DNA from: Eledone cirrhosa
Taxonomy: Eukaryota
Reading direction: 5' to 3'
Length of the DNA stretch: 64,000 nt
NCBI GenBank assembly: GCA_964016885.1
Contig: CAXHJY010000351.1
Location: forward strand, 1 to 64,000
A program made the translations under genes and the position numbers. Within the stretch, counting starts at the first letter, position 1. Each line of letters starts with the position of its first letter. Below, in pieces: positions 12,127 through 26,036 of this stretch. The notes beneath the pieces are model-generated. The model was not told where the DNA came from, ran no database searches, and worked only from the letters and a program-made list of their open reading frames with translations.

Positions 12127-13331
12127 CATACACATACATATATATGTATATGTATATATGCAAGTTTTTTTTTATATATTTATATAATTTTCTTTTTACA
12201 TATTTCTGGACGTTTTGTTCTTTCTTTTTTTCTTTATAATTTCCCCATAAATGGAATTACAGTCACAATCACCACCACCATCACCATCATCATCACCGTA
12301 CTAAATAATTAACCATCTTCCCATCTCTTTCATAATTATGAAATGTCTGTCTTAATTACAATTACCAACATCATCATCATCATCACAATTTTAAAAATAT
12401 TTTTTTAATAATTTTTATTCATTTTTCCATTTATGGAGTCTCCACATTTTTGCGGAATTTATTTAAATGTTTCTTTTCTTAATCTTATATAAATCCTATT
12501 TTATACAAAATCCCCCTCTCCACACTGTATCATCCTGTACCGTCTTTAATGTTTCCTTAATGTGAGCCCTGTGTGGCTAATAAAGAAATCATCATTATCA
12601 TTATTATTAGTGGCTCTTGTGGCCAATAAAGAAATTATTATTATTATTATTATTATTAACGAAAAAATAAAGTACCAGTAATGTACTGGGTAATTGCAGG
12701 CCTTGTGCCAAAAAGTAGAAACAATTATTATTATTATTATTATTAGTAGTAGTAGTATTGTTACGGCCATCTTTATTCCCCCTCCTCTTCCGCCTTCATT
12801 ACCATCTCCTGTCTTCCTCCCCCTTCCCCGCCCCACAATCATAATATTCACTCATTTTTCCTCATGAATTTCTATTAACATTACATCTCAGGTAGTCTTC
12901 TTTCATTTTCCTGTGTTAATTGTTAAATTATTATACTTTTTAATTAATTAACTGTTTTGTTAGTTAATAATAATTAGTAAATTTCAGTCTTTCATTTTGT
13001 TCTTGTTTGCTTTTCTTGATTTTATTTTTTGTTCTTCTTCTCAGGGTTTGTTGTGAGTTTGTAGTTATTGATATGTTTGTGTGTGATTATATATAGAGAG
13101 TGAGAGAGAAAGACATAGTATTTTCTACATATATAAAGCATGATTATATATAGAGAGTGAGAGAGAAAGACATAGTATTTTCTATATAAAGCACATAATA
13201 TTTCGGAAAAAAATACCTATTTCAAAATGGAAAAAAGTTCTTTTTCCAAGTTGAGGGACGAATTTTTCTGAAATATTATGTTCTGTATATATGTACGAAA
13301 TAGTATGTTTCTCAAACGATATATGGTTCCT

Positions 13332-13380
<49 letters not shown>

Positions 13381-13507
13381 CTTTTAATTGAAATTAATGC
13401 TTTGGACAAATGTCCCTTGAGATTTTCTATTGAGAAACATAAGCATCATACATAGTATATACGTTGTGATACCTTAAATAGATGTGTATATGTGTGTGTG
13501 TGTATGT

Positions 13508-13540
<33 letters not shown>

Positions 13541-13544
13541 AGTC

Positions 13545-13745
13545 TCGGGTTCAATCGGGGTTAACCACAGTAAGTACGGTACCCAATACATTAGTAGAGT
13601 ATATACAACACAATTTAATATAGAACTGGCTTCTACAAGACTAGAACTGTCTCATTCGAAGGAATTCATCAGGAAAGCCCTGATCATTTCCTCCGAATGA
13701 AACAATTCTAGTTCTGTAGAAGCCACTTCTATATTAAATTTTGTT
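13545..13745. mobile_element. Penelope-like remnant, family B, fold-back, hammerhead-like core
   Basis: GGGTTCAATCGGGG..AACCACAGTAAGT..TAATATAGAA..GGCTTCTACA..ACTAGAACTG, then the inverted copy. The core reads CCTGATGA-TTTC-n-GAAT-GAAAC in the best copies. Other copies at 580-690, 21470-21610, 23020-23185, 27640-27705, 30448-30750, 33930-34010 and 60680-60797. Confidence 0.55.
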
Positions 13746-13756
13746 ATATATATATA

Positions 13757-13897
13757 TTTATTAAAATAACAGATTAAAGTTTAAGCAAAGAATCGCTGCT
13801 TTCACCCCTAACGGGATCTTCTGAAAGTTTCAGAAGATTCCGTTAAGGGTGAAAGCAGCGATTCTTTGCTTAAACTTTAATCTGTTATTTTAATAAA
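13757..13897. mobile_element. Near-perfect 140-bp palindrome, family D
   Basis: About 70-bp arms centred on CTGAAA-G-TTTCAG at 13827. Related copies at 44230-44330 and 63858-64000. Confidence 0.8.
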
Positions 13898-13971
13898 TAT
13901 TTGCTCTACGGTTCTTATATATTTGATATATATTTATCCTTATATATTTTAGTCTTCACATTTATTATTAT

Positions 13972-14084
<113 letters not shown>

Positions 14085-14289
14085 GTGTATAGATGTAGGT
14101 TGTGTTGCAGGTTTTCAAGTGTATGTATAATGTATATATGCAAATATACAAATAATGATTATAATAATTAATAATAATAATAGTAATAATGATAATAATA
14201 ATAATTACTTTATTGGCCACAGGGGTCGAAAACAATAATAATAATCCACAAAGACATAGAAACAAATACAACACAAAACACACTGTCTG

Positions 14290-14870
14290 TTCTGTGTGGT
14301 CTGGCGTGTGGTGGGGTGTGGTGTGGTGTGTGGTCTGGTGTGTAGTGGTGTGATGTTGTGTGTGGTGTGTAGTGGTGTGTGGTGTGGTGTGTAGTGGTGT
14401 GATGTTGTGTGTGGTGTGTAGTGGTGTGTGGTGTGGTGTGTAGTGGTGTGTAGTGTGGTGTTATGTGTGGTGGTGTGTGGTGTGGTGTGTAGTGGTGTGG
14501 GTGTGGTATGGTGTGGTGTGTGGTGTGGTGGTGTGATGTTGTGTGTGGTGTGTAGTGGTGTGTGGTGTGGTGTGTAGTGGTGTGGGTGTGGTATGGTGTG
14601 GTGTGTGGTGTGGTGGTGTGATGTTGTGTGTGGTGTGTAGTGGTGTGTGGTGTGGTGTGGTGGTGTGATGTAGTGTGGTGGTGTGTGGTGTGATTTAGTG
14701 TGGTGGTGTGATGTGTGTGATGTGGTGTATGTATGTGGTATGTGATGTGAGTGTGTTGTAGTGTGTGATGAGTGTGTTGTATGTGTGTGTGATGTCAATG
14801 TGTGTGGTGTATGTGTGTGGTGTGTGTGTGGTGAGATGTGTATGTGTGTGTGTGTGTGTGTGTGTGGTGT
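14290..14870. repeat. GT-rich compound repeat (GTGTG/GTGGT/TAGTG) in the presumptive Hox3 3' UTR
   Basis: Begins within about 20 bp of the Hox3 stop codon. Confidence 0.85.
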
Positions 14871-14884
14871 CTTTTTTTTTCTTT

Positions 14885-16818
14885 TTAGAGATGTGTAAGT
14901 TTCGGTATATAGGAATAGGTGTCATGGTGAAGTTCATGAGCGCTGGGTATACCACATGGCCCCAGCTGTGACGTATGTGTCAGCTGGTAGTGTATGCCAC
15001 CACTAGCGTCCTCTAGTAGCGAACCTGTAATGTACGGGGAACTAGGTCCGGTCACGTGATGCAACATATGTGAGTTCATGTAGGCGTGGGGGGAGCCCAC
15101 GTTCGGCGGCTGAGGCGATGATGATGATGAGGTTTGATGATGATGATGGTGATGATGTGGATGAGGTTGTTGTTGTTGTTGTTGATGGTGTTGCTGTTGT
15201 TGTTGATGGTGCTGCTGCTGATGATGTTGCTGCTGCTGCTGTTGATGGTGATGCTGTTGTTGTTGCTGATGGTGGTGATGTTGTGCATGGTGATGCTGCT
15301 GCTGCTGCTGCTGCTGTTGTTGTTGATGATGTTGTTGCTGCTGATGATGATGATGTTGTTGTCGTTGTTGTTGCTGTTGTTGCTGTTGTTGGTGAGGCAC
15401 GTACGTTGTGAGCGGCGGCGGGTGGTGCGGAGGCGGCGGGTGCGGCTGGGAGTGGTGGTGTGGAGGCATCGACCCTCCTCCCGCCGCCGCAGCCACGTGG
15501 TGAGCGACTGAGGCGCCGGCGGCGGAGTGGTGCTGGCTGATCGGATGGTGGGACGAGTGAGAAGGTGGTGGAGGCGGCGGCGCGAGCACTGCTGCTGCTG
15601 CTGTCGATGCTGCTGTTACCTGGTGATGGGCTTCCGTCGCTGGCGGCGACATCGAACACGCCGCCGTTCCAAGCATTTGTAGACTCCCCGCCGCCAGGCA
15701 GTTCCCGTTTGTCATGGCAACACCACCACTGTTACTGTTAGGGTTATTATTATCATTATCAATGTCATCAGCATCCTTGATGTCATCACCATCATCATCG
15801 TCGTCACCACCACCGCCACCTACAGGCGTATTGTGGTTGTGACTGTTGTTGTTGTTGTTGTGTGTGGAGAGGAGGAGAGAGGAGTCTTTCATGTGTTGCG
15901 ATGACGACGGCGTTGACGTCGTCGACGACGACGTCGCAGACGACGCCGCCGCCGCCAACGCCAACGCCGCTGACGACGATGATGATGATGTGGAGGAGGA
16001 GGAGGCGGCGGATGCTGATGAAGATGAGGACGACGATGATGATGATGAAGAAGAGGAGGAGGAGGAAGAGGAGGAGGATGAGGAGGAGGCCGAAGAGGAG
16101 GAAATGGTGGTAGTTATGGTGGTGATGGTCGGCGTGACAGAACAGTAAAGACCCGGTGTGCCGCTTCGCACCCCACCACCACCACCACCACCACCAACAC
16201 CACCATTACCGCCACCGCCACCACCACCACCACCACCACCGCTCATGCCAGGTGGCGGCGGCCCCAGTCCTCCTAGATTGTGTGTAGCGGGACCTTGTGT
16301 CGTCGTCATCATCATTAAACCACCCCCTCTCGGTGAAGGGGTCGCCGATTGAGGGCGGTAGGGAGATATCGCCGAACCGCCAATCACAACTTCGTCTGAG
16401 GATAAGTTATTACCACCTCCTCCACCACCACCAACACCAACACCAACACCAACACCTCCACCGTTCATTTTTCCTAGTCGCTCCAGACTTTTCATTGAGC
16501 TCTGACTGTCCGAATCAGAGTTGATATTTGTGAGACAATCAGAAGATTTGCCACTACCACTAGCGCTGCCATTACTGCTATTACTGCTGTTATTGCTACA
16601 CTTGTCCATATTAACCTTCATTTTTTTTTCCTTCTTGAACTTCATCCGACGATTTTGAAACCAGATTTTAATCTGACGTTCGGAGAGGTTCAGCAGAGCT
16701 GCCATCTCAATTCTCCGAGGCCTACAAAGGTACTGGTTGAAATGAAACTCTTTTTCCAATTCGACAAGTTGAGCACTCGTGTAAGCAGTTCTGGCTCGTT
16801 TTGCTGGCTGTTCACATT
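14885..16818 (-). CDS. Hox3: Hox3 (paralog group 3) homeobox gene, terminal homeodomain-containing coding exon
   Basis: Extending the 14885..16759 ORF to the acceptor gives [82 protein letters not shown] and YLCRPRR are PG3-diagnostic. The C-terminus PKLTHL matches the conserved Hox3 end. The exon is phase 1 and begins AA|TGT. Confidence 0.95.
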
Positions 16819-16850
16819 CTGTTGAAGAAGAAGAAGAAAAAATGAAAATG
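16819..16850 (-). other. Splice acceptor (polypyrimidine tract + CAG) of the Hox3 homeobox exon
   Basis: Minus strand reads ttttttcttcttcttcttcaacag|AATGTGAACAG, a few codons before the homeodomain. This is the canonical Hox intron position. Confidence 0.88.
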
Positions 16851-16879
16851 AAATTATTATTACTTTCTTGTACAAAATA

Positions 16880-17350
16880 ATCATGCTTTCTGATTTAGGC
16901 ACAATGCCAACACTTTTTGGGGGAGGGAAAGTCGATTAATTCAACCCCAGTACACGACTGGCACTTTATTTTATCGACCCCGTAAGGATGAAAGGCAAAG
17001 TTAACCTCGGCGGGAATTGAACGCAGATCATAAAGGGCCGTAACTCTATGCTTCAAAGCATGGTGTCTGACTCTCTACTGATACTACCAATCCACCTCTC
17101 TTTGTACAAAATAATAATTGTTTCTACATTTGGCACAAGGCCAGCAATTATCTCAGTATATTACTGGTACTTTATTTTATCGACCCCGTAAGGATGAAAA
17201 GCAAAGTTAACCTCGGCGGGTTTTGAACTCAGACCATAAAGGGCCGTAACTAATAATGGTTTCTGATTTCAGGCACAATACCAACAATTTTTTGGGATGG
17301 GCAAAGTCCATTAAATCGATCCCAGTACATTACTGGTGCTGTATTTTATC
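16880..17350 (-). mobile_element. Three stacked tRNA-SINE copies/fragments just upstream of the Hox3 acceptor
   Basis: Reverse-complement SINE cores at about 16880-17095, 17110-17250 and 17255-17350. Confidence 0.8.
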
Positions 17351-18041
17351 TATTTACACACACACACATACATATATATTTACATATATGTACATGTATA
17401 ATCACATATATGTACATATACATGTATATATATAAGTATATATAACATTTACATATATATATATACATGTACATATATACCTTCAATTATATCTATACAC
17501 ACATACGTGTAGATATATACACATACATATACATACATGTACATACATGTACTTATACATACATACATATTTGTACATATACACAGACAGACACACACAC
17601 ACACACACATATATACACATATATAACATATCCACACACACACAGATACACAGAATCCAATATAAATCTTTTATTCAGTTCCGTTGAACAGAACACCACT
17701 GATATTATCAAATCAATAAAACATGCACCCCTCCCGTCTCACACCCCACCACCACCACCACCACCACCACCACCACCACCACCACCACCACAACTACCAC
17801 CACCACTACCACCACCACCACCACCACCACCACCGCTGCCATTGATCCGACCAGTTGTTCTAGCATTTCTTGTAAAGAGCTATCATTGTAATTTACCAAA
17901 CATTGGCTCTTATCTCTCAGTTATCTCCCCTGCAAATGACTCGTTATCGATTGGCAACAGAATAGAAATTCTTATTAACATCCTGACAACATCTCTATCA
18001 ACTCATTAGATAGAGGAAAAGGAAGGGGCTTTGTTATACAC

Positions 18042-18146
<105 letters not shown>

Positions 18147-18188
18147 TATATATATAATTGGTAGATGGATATGCGCACACACTTACGC

Positions 18189-18229
<41 letters not shown>

Positions 18230-18230
<1 letters not shown>

Positions 18231-18691
18231 GATATTAACAAATGGAAACTATATTTATAAAACCATATTTATTTCATTATACATATTTCAAGGACACTAA
18301 GTTAAATTATGGTGTGCTTTCATCAGATAAAATATAATATAGATCAGTTTTATAAATAAATATTGACATATTAAAAATAAAAATATCCAATACTAATAAT
18401 AATATAATTAAACAACTCCAGTATCCGGGAGCTTCCAACAGTAATGGTTGCATTTTTTAAGGGTATGTCAATATTTATTTATAAAACTGATCTATATTAT
18501 ATTTTATCTGAGGAAAGCACACCATAATTTAACTTGGTGTCCTTGAAATATGTATAATGAAATAAATACGGTTTTATAAATATAGTTTCCATTTGTTAAT
18601 ATCGTATTTTTACTCCAAATATTTGTTGAGTGCTTTATATCAGTTATAAAAATATTTGCTTGTTGTATCCCAACAATTTAAATAGAACTTC

Positions 18692-18695
<4 letters not shown>
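18230..18695. mobile_element. Family A fold-back element (about 140-bp inverted arms)
   Basis: 18230-18370 is the reverse complement of 18464-18606. Flanked by (TA)n. Confidence 0.75.
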
Positions 18696-18757
<62 letters not shown>

Positions 18758-18810
18758 TGTGTGTGTGTGAATTAAAAGGGACAAGGTGCTGTGTGGTTAC
18801 TAATAAATGT

Positions 18811-18944
18811 TGTTTAGTAATGTAAGAGAAACACATCAGACAATTCCCCTCATCAGTTGTCTGCTGTGGGCCGCTGATGTTTCGATTCACAGCAGACAAC
18901 TGAAGAGGGGAATTGTCTGATGTTGTGTTTCTCTTACATTTCTA

Positions 18945-18948
<4 letters not shown>
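18811..18948. mobile_element. Fold-back element with CTGAAGA/CTGATGA core, family H
   Basis: About 58-bp inverted arms (TGTTTAG...TGTCTGCTGTG / CACAGCAGACA...CTAAACA) next to (TA)n. Confidence 0.65.
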
Positions 18949-19010
<62 letters not shown>

Positions 19011-19095
19011 CTGTTGGGTTATATCCGTAGTAGATGATGATCCGACTAAGGTGAAACAATTGTTCTCGGAAATGGTGAATTAACTGTTGTGGAAT

Positions 19096-19138
<43 letters not shown>

Positions 19139-19139
19139 G

Positions 19140-19187
<48 letters not shown>

Positions 19188-19998
19188 TACTAACGTCCGA
19201 ATTGTTAAGACCCTCTTCCTGCTATTTCAAGCGTTATATATATGTATGTATGTATATATAGTGGGTGTGTATACATTTTTTGGCGAACTATGTATGTGTG
19301 TTTAATTACTTTTTACTCATCATGTATAAATATACAAAGTAATCATCGAAGGCTGCCCTGGGTGATATCGCACACACCGACAGCAAAAAAAAAAAGCAAT
19401 AATATAAGAAAAAAAGGAAGAAAAACAAAAAATAAAAAAATAAAAAAATAAAAAGATGAAGAAAGAAGGTAAGAAGAAGAAGAAAAAGAACAACAACATC
19501 AATAACTAGTAAAAAAACAATATAAAATTCTACGTTAAAAAATGGTGGAATATTGGATAATTTCCAATTGTTTCTATTGGACTGATTCCTGACATGGATT
19601 GGCACCATTCCACCAATTCTATAGACTATTACAGTTATTATTGTAGCTGTAGACGTTGTTGCTGTTGCTTGATTATATAGCACTTGCAGTCTAGGCATGA
19701 CCCCAGTCCAATGACGAATACTAGGATAAAGATAAATATATCATCATCAATATTGTATATATCTACATATATATATATATATACACACATATATGACACT
19801 TTACAGTGTGGGCTGGGCCTCTTTTGCCGTGTCACTAACATGACCACTACACAGTGTATATATATATACTGAAGTAAAAGTTAAGTGGAAATATCCAAGA
19901 GTAAGAGCACTCAGTCCATAAGACGAGTTTCATGACAGGCCGAATGAATTGGGGCCCAGAACCCAAAGAAACTTGAGTACCTGTTTATATCAGTGTTG

Positions 19999-20050
<52 letters not shown>

Positions 20051-20762
20051 ATATATATACACACACACATATAAACAAACATATAAATATATATAAACAC
20101 ATTTTTTACACTATCCCACCTTGGTGTATATATATATATATGGATACACACACACATATATGTGTATGTTATTTGTTTAAACATGGCCTGGGACGATAAT
20201 TGGCGAAAATTACCGAAGTTACGCATACACATACATCCGTACATGAACGGAGTATAACTGCCTCTAGACACACGTCAACGTCCATACGCACGTACACAGA
20301 AACACACCATACACACACACACACACACCATACACACACACACACGCGGAGCGTAGAAATAAATTAATTAATAAAGACAAAGATACAATGAATAGATTAT
20401 GCACGTTCACCATGTTCCAACAACTCGACAGTTCATTGGTTGATAATATCGCAGCCAATCAGAACGATAGTTTAGAAATAAATATTGCAAAGAGTAGAAT
20501 AAGGCGTGGCTTCCCTCAGCCTGGCTGATGGTTGCTAGATTTCTTGAAGTGATACGGCGACGGCTAAGGGACATAACTCTAGTACGACTAAAAGTTCAAT
20601 ATACAGTCATTGTGTGTGTGTACTTATATACACCAAGACGGGATACCATAAAACATTTGTTTACTCTTTTACCTGTTTCAGCCATCCGGCTGAGGCCATG
20701 CTGGGGCACCGTTTATATATATATTTATATATAATCATGTTAACAATTCAATTCACTGATAA

Positions 20763-20813
<51 letters not shown>

Positions 20814-20828
20814 ATTTCTATACCTTTC

Positions 20829-20872
<44 letters not shown>

Positions 20873-20887
20873 ATTTCTATACCTTTC

Positions 20888-20937
<50 letters not shown>

Positions 20938-21197
20938 TATATATAACATATATATATATATACTATATTTATATAACCATATTTATTCTATTATATATAT
21001 TTCAAGGGTACCAAAACTTTGGTACGCTCTCATCAGATAAAATACAAAGTTTGTTTTATAAATATTGACATATCCAGTGTAAAACAAACTTTGTATTTTA
21101 TCTTGATGAGTGCGTACCAAAGTTATGGTACCCTTGAAATATATATAATAGAATAAATATAGTTTTATAAATATAGTTTCCATTTATTTAATATCAT

Positions 21198-21240
<43 letters not shown>

Positions 21241-21267
21241 CGATTCTGTTATTTCTGTTTACCTTTT

Positions 21268-21353
<86 letters not shown>

Positions 21354-21645
21354 TTGTAGCAAGGTTCCTTGGATGCGTCCATAAGCGGTATGCCAGTTGA
21401 GGAACTCTATGCTGATTCGGAGTAGAGTATAATAATACGGAAAACGAAGAATCAGTGAGATTATAGTGAAATATAGAAATGGCTTCTACAGATTTCCTTC
21501 GAATGAAACAGTTCTAGTCCTGTAGAAGCCATTTCTATATTTAATATTCATAACCTGCTATGTATTGAGTACCTTACTTACTGTGGTTACCTCCGATTGA
21601 ACCCGGGATACACACACACACACACACACACAGACACAGACACAG

Positions 21646-21685
<40 letters not shown>

Positions 21686-21811
21686 TAATATTATCTATTA
21701 TATATATACATATATTAATATTATATTATATTATATTATACGGGGTCGATAAAATAAAGTACTAGTAATGTACTGGGTAATTGCTGGCCTTGTGCCAAAA
21801 GTAGAAACAAT

Positions 21812-21896
<85 letters not shown>

Positions 21897-21964
21897 GAAG
21901 GAGGCTGTAAGGGAAATAAAGGATTAGAAAAGAAACAACGGAGAAAGAGGGAGTGAGATGAGAG

Positions 21965-22008
<44 letters not shown>

Positions 22009-22412
22009 GGAGAGAGCTGAGGGAATGATATATATATATATATGTAGAGGTTATATTTAATTTGTTGGGATACAACAAGCTAAATATTTTTATAACTGAT
22101 ATAAAGCACTCAACAAATTATTGGAGTAAATATACAATATATTAACAAATGGAAACTATATTTATAAAACCATATTTATTTCATTATACATGTTTCAAGG
22201 GCCACTTGAATGGTTGCATTTTTTAAGGGTATGTCAATATTTATTTATAAAACTAACCTATATTATATTTTATCTGATGAAAGCGCGCCATAGTTTGCTC
22301 TGGTGGCCCTTGAAATATGTTTAATGAAATAAATATGGTTTTATAAATATAGTTTCCATTTGTTAATATATTGTATATATATATAAAGAGGGAGCGAGAG
22401 CAAGAGCGAGCG

Positions 22413-22487
<75 letters not shown>

Positions 22488-22953
22488 GAAAAAGTGGGTG
22501 AAATAAATAAAAGAACGAACAGAAAGAATGAAGAAAAAAAAATACAACCAAAAAATAAAAGAAACCAAAAGAAAAACGAACAAAACAAAGGAAAGAAAGG
22601 AAGAAAAAAGTGTGAAATGAATGTCATAAAATTAAGTCCTAGAAGTTGTTATTGTTGGTGTTATTGTTGTTGTTGTAAATGTGAAGGTGGGTGACCTTAT
22701 TAATAGACTATCAAATAACGATAACTCATACAAAACTGACCGTTCGGTGTTAAACTGACCTCACTTTACAACTGTAGCTACTTTACTTGAGATTTTGGGG
22801 AAGGGTTCCTTTTCAGGGATTCTGAAGGTCAAATGTTGGTGTTATTTAAAGTTAGTTTAGTTTAGAAAATGGGCCTGGATGTGGTAGGTGGGATGGTTAT
22901 GGTGGGGTATAGGCCGTCCTGATGGTGTAGGGCTATTGTGTGGGTGGTAGTTA

Positions 22954-23019
<66 letters not shown>

Positions 23020-23664
23020 TCGGGTTCAATCGGGGGGTAATCAAAGTAAGTGAGGTATTCAATACATTAGTAGAGTATAAACATCAAATTTAATATAGAA
23101 ATTACTTCTACATGACTAGAACTGTTTCCTGATGATTTCTTTTGAATGAAGCAGTTTTAGCCCTGTAGAAGCCATTTCTATAATAAACATGATATATATA
23201 GTACATATATAAACATTGTTCACACACACGTGTGTGTGTGTATATATATATATGTGTGTGTGTGTATGTGTATATATATATATCAAACACACACATATAT
23301 ACACACATCTACATATGCACACATATATATACACACATCTACATATACACACATGAATACACCTGCAATTTCTGAAATATGAACACATATCTAAATGAAA
23401 TTTGGTGGAGATAAACTGACCCAAGACCCATCATGTGTGTGTGTATGTGTGTGTACAAGTACCTGTATACATGGATGTGTCAGTGTTTGTGTCTATGTAT
23501 GTGTGTGTGTGTGCATTCGAGTGTCTTTACCTCGACACCACTTGAACAGGTGGTAACATTTGTTTATATACTGCACCACTATATTTCTATGTGTGAAGAC
23601 CAGTGCCAAAACAATCTCACTGAATAACAAGCTAGTATCTGTGTTAGAAAGAACATGTAATAAT

Positions 23665-23855
23665 ATAATTGTTTCTACTTTTGGCACAAGGCCAGCAATT
23701 ATACCAGTGTATTACTGGTACTTTATTTTATCGACACCGTAAGGATGAAAAGCAAAGTTAACCTCGGCGGGATTTGAACTCAGACCGTAAAGGACCATAA
23801 CTCTAAGCTGCAAACATGGTGTCCGACCCTCTAAGCGATACTACCAATCCACCGC
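23665..23855 (-). mobile_element. tRNA-derived SINE, full length
   Basis: Reverse complement of the 1686-1870 family. Confidence 0.85.
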
Positions 23856-24012
23856 CCTTACATCTAATAATACAATGCTGCTTTAAATACACGCGTTTAA
23901 AACATGCTACCATGGTAAACTGGATGTTAAGACTCTCTTGCTGCTATTTCAAGCCTTAAACTAATATATTCTTTCCATATACAGTAATTTTTGTGTTATT
24001 ATTTCTGTTTAC

Positions 24013-24083
<71 letters not shown>

Positions 24084-24164
24084 CCTCCACATCCACCAAG
24101 CGTGAACTTAATATAACTGCGTAAAAATTGCCTCCTGTGTTTTGTGTCTTTCATTTATTAACTA

Positions 24165-25004
24165 CTAGCAGATGTACCCGGCGTTGCTCAGGAAATGAAT
24201 GACAGCCTGTTTGTCCGTATAGAGAGAAATGTAATTGTAAAAAACAGTTTAACAAAATGGGTGTACAGTGACATGATTGAGTGAAATAAACGGCAACATG
24301 GGGTAGCTTGAGTTAATTGATGTGAATGATTTCAGGTCCGGCCTTGCTGTAGTATGTATGAGTAAGGGGATAAAGATGGAATAGACGCACCGTATGTCCT
24401 TCAGTAAACTAAACCCTATGTGTAAGATGGCGCTGCCACTACCACGTTGACCATCCACTGGACATAGAAATATCATTCCTTGGAGCAACTATCCCCCCCC
24501 CCCCCCCCCTCAACGCCTGAATACACGATGAGAATGAGCAAAAAGGTTAAGTTAATCAAAACGAAGACACTGTTGCCGAGAATGCTGGTGCACGTTTTTC
24601 AGAGGCCATAGCGAGTCAAGCTGCTAGGTTAGGGGGCCATAGCGAGTCAAACTGCTAGGTTAGGGGGCCATAGCGAGTCAAACTGCTAGGTTAGGGGGCC
24701 ATAGCGAGTCAAGCTGCTAGGTTAGGGGGCCATAGCGAGTCAAACTGCTAGGTTAGGGGGCCATAGCGAGTCAAACTGCTAGGTTAGGGGGCCATAGCGA
24801 GTCAAACTGCTAGGTTAGGGGGCCATAGCGAGTCAAACTGCTAGGTTAGGGGGCCATAGCGAGTCAAGCATATAAACAACATGTGTGCCAAATTTGGTTG
24901 AAATCGGCCTAGTACTTCAAAAGTTAAAAGGAGCCTAGTATTTGTATACAGACAGACAGACAGACACACACAGACCGACTTGCTTTTATATATATATATA
25001 TATA
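24165..25004 (-). mobile_element. Non-autonomous Helitron
   Basis: On the minus strand the 5' end is TATATATAAAAG followed by (GTCT)n and CCGATTTCAACCAAATTTGG. The 3' end is the hairpin CCTGAGCAACGCCGGG followed by ...GCTAG|T, which is the canonical Helitron terminus. Confidence 0.8.
24604..24869. repeat. 31-bp tandem array (8 copies + partial) inside the Helitron
   Basis: Unit GGCCATAGCGAGTCAA(A/G)CTGCTAGGTTAGGG. Confidence 0.95.
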
Positions 25005-25155
25005 GGAACGAGTAGGACCCCGACGACTGAGCTCAAGCCGTTTCGACTCAGCCGTCGGGGTCCTACTCGTTCCTATTACCCACTCTACTACCCTAAGTAT
25101 TGAGTACTTTGGTGCGTTATGGTCCACCTGGTTCCTGACAACATTTCCTTCGTTA
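25004..25155. mobile_element. Fold-back element, family C
   Basis: TAGGAACGAGTAGGACCCCGACG ... CGTCGGGGTCCTACTCGTTCCTA plus tail. Copies at 6000-6192, 38190-38372, 52933-53047 and 60901-61010, all adjoining (TA)n. Confidence 0.7.
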
Positions 25156-25404
25156 TATATATATATATAGTTAAAAGAATAGAGGTGTAACACACAAGTT
25201 ATTATATATTGGTAAACGGAATAGAAAATGCTGACAAATTGTTCACAGTTGAAAAATGGTTTAATTAGGAATAAAAGAGTATTAGTGATTGTATGGGTTA
25301 GTATTCAGTTGTGGTTTTAAGTTTTTAAGTTTTTACCGGTTGCGCATTTCTAAATGCCTTTCAAAAATAATTTTGAGATAGAGTGTCCGTGCTGTTTGCT
25401 CTGA

Positions 25405-25503
<99 letters not shown>

Positions 25504-25548
25504 CCAGCAGTCCAACATTACATAAACTAATATGCATCCACATGTGTG

Positions 25549-25595
<47 letters not shown>

Positions 25596-25918
25596 GTGTA
25601 TATGTAATAGTGCATACATACAAGTTCATTAAATCAGGAAATGAAGCGAGAATCATAGAAAATGTTGATGTTAACAACTGACCAACAATCTCTACAGTAT
25701 TATATACAGTATCATATATACAGTATCATATATATATATATATATATACGACTATATAGTGTTATATGTCAGCACCTTGCTGTGATATCTTGGCACAGAG
25801 CCAGGCCATTCCAGAACCGACATTATACGTTCTGTTTATCAAGATGACCAATGCTGGAACACTGCCAAGTCTTCATTTCTAATGACAGAAATACCATGAC
25901 AGCACTTGTGTGTGTGTG

Positions 25919-26036
<118 letters not shown>

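Noticed and set aside
15042-16524. Overlapping and antisense ORFs within the Hox3 exon
   Set aside because: They are alternative frames of GC-rich triplet repeats in the Hox3 coding sequence.
24604-24869. Interstitial telomere
   Set aside because: TTAGGG occurs once per 31-bp unit rather than as tandem hexamers.
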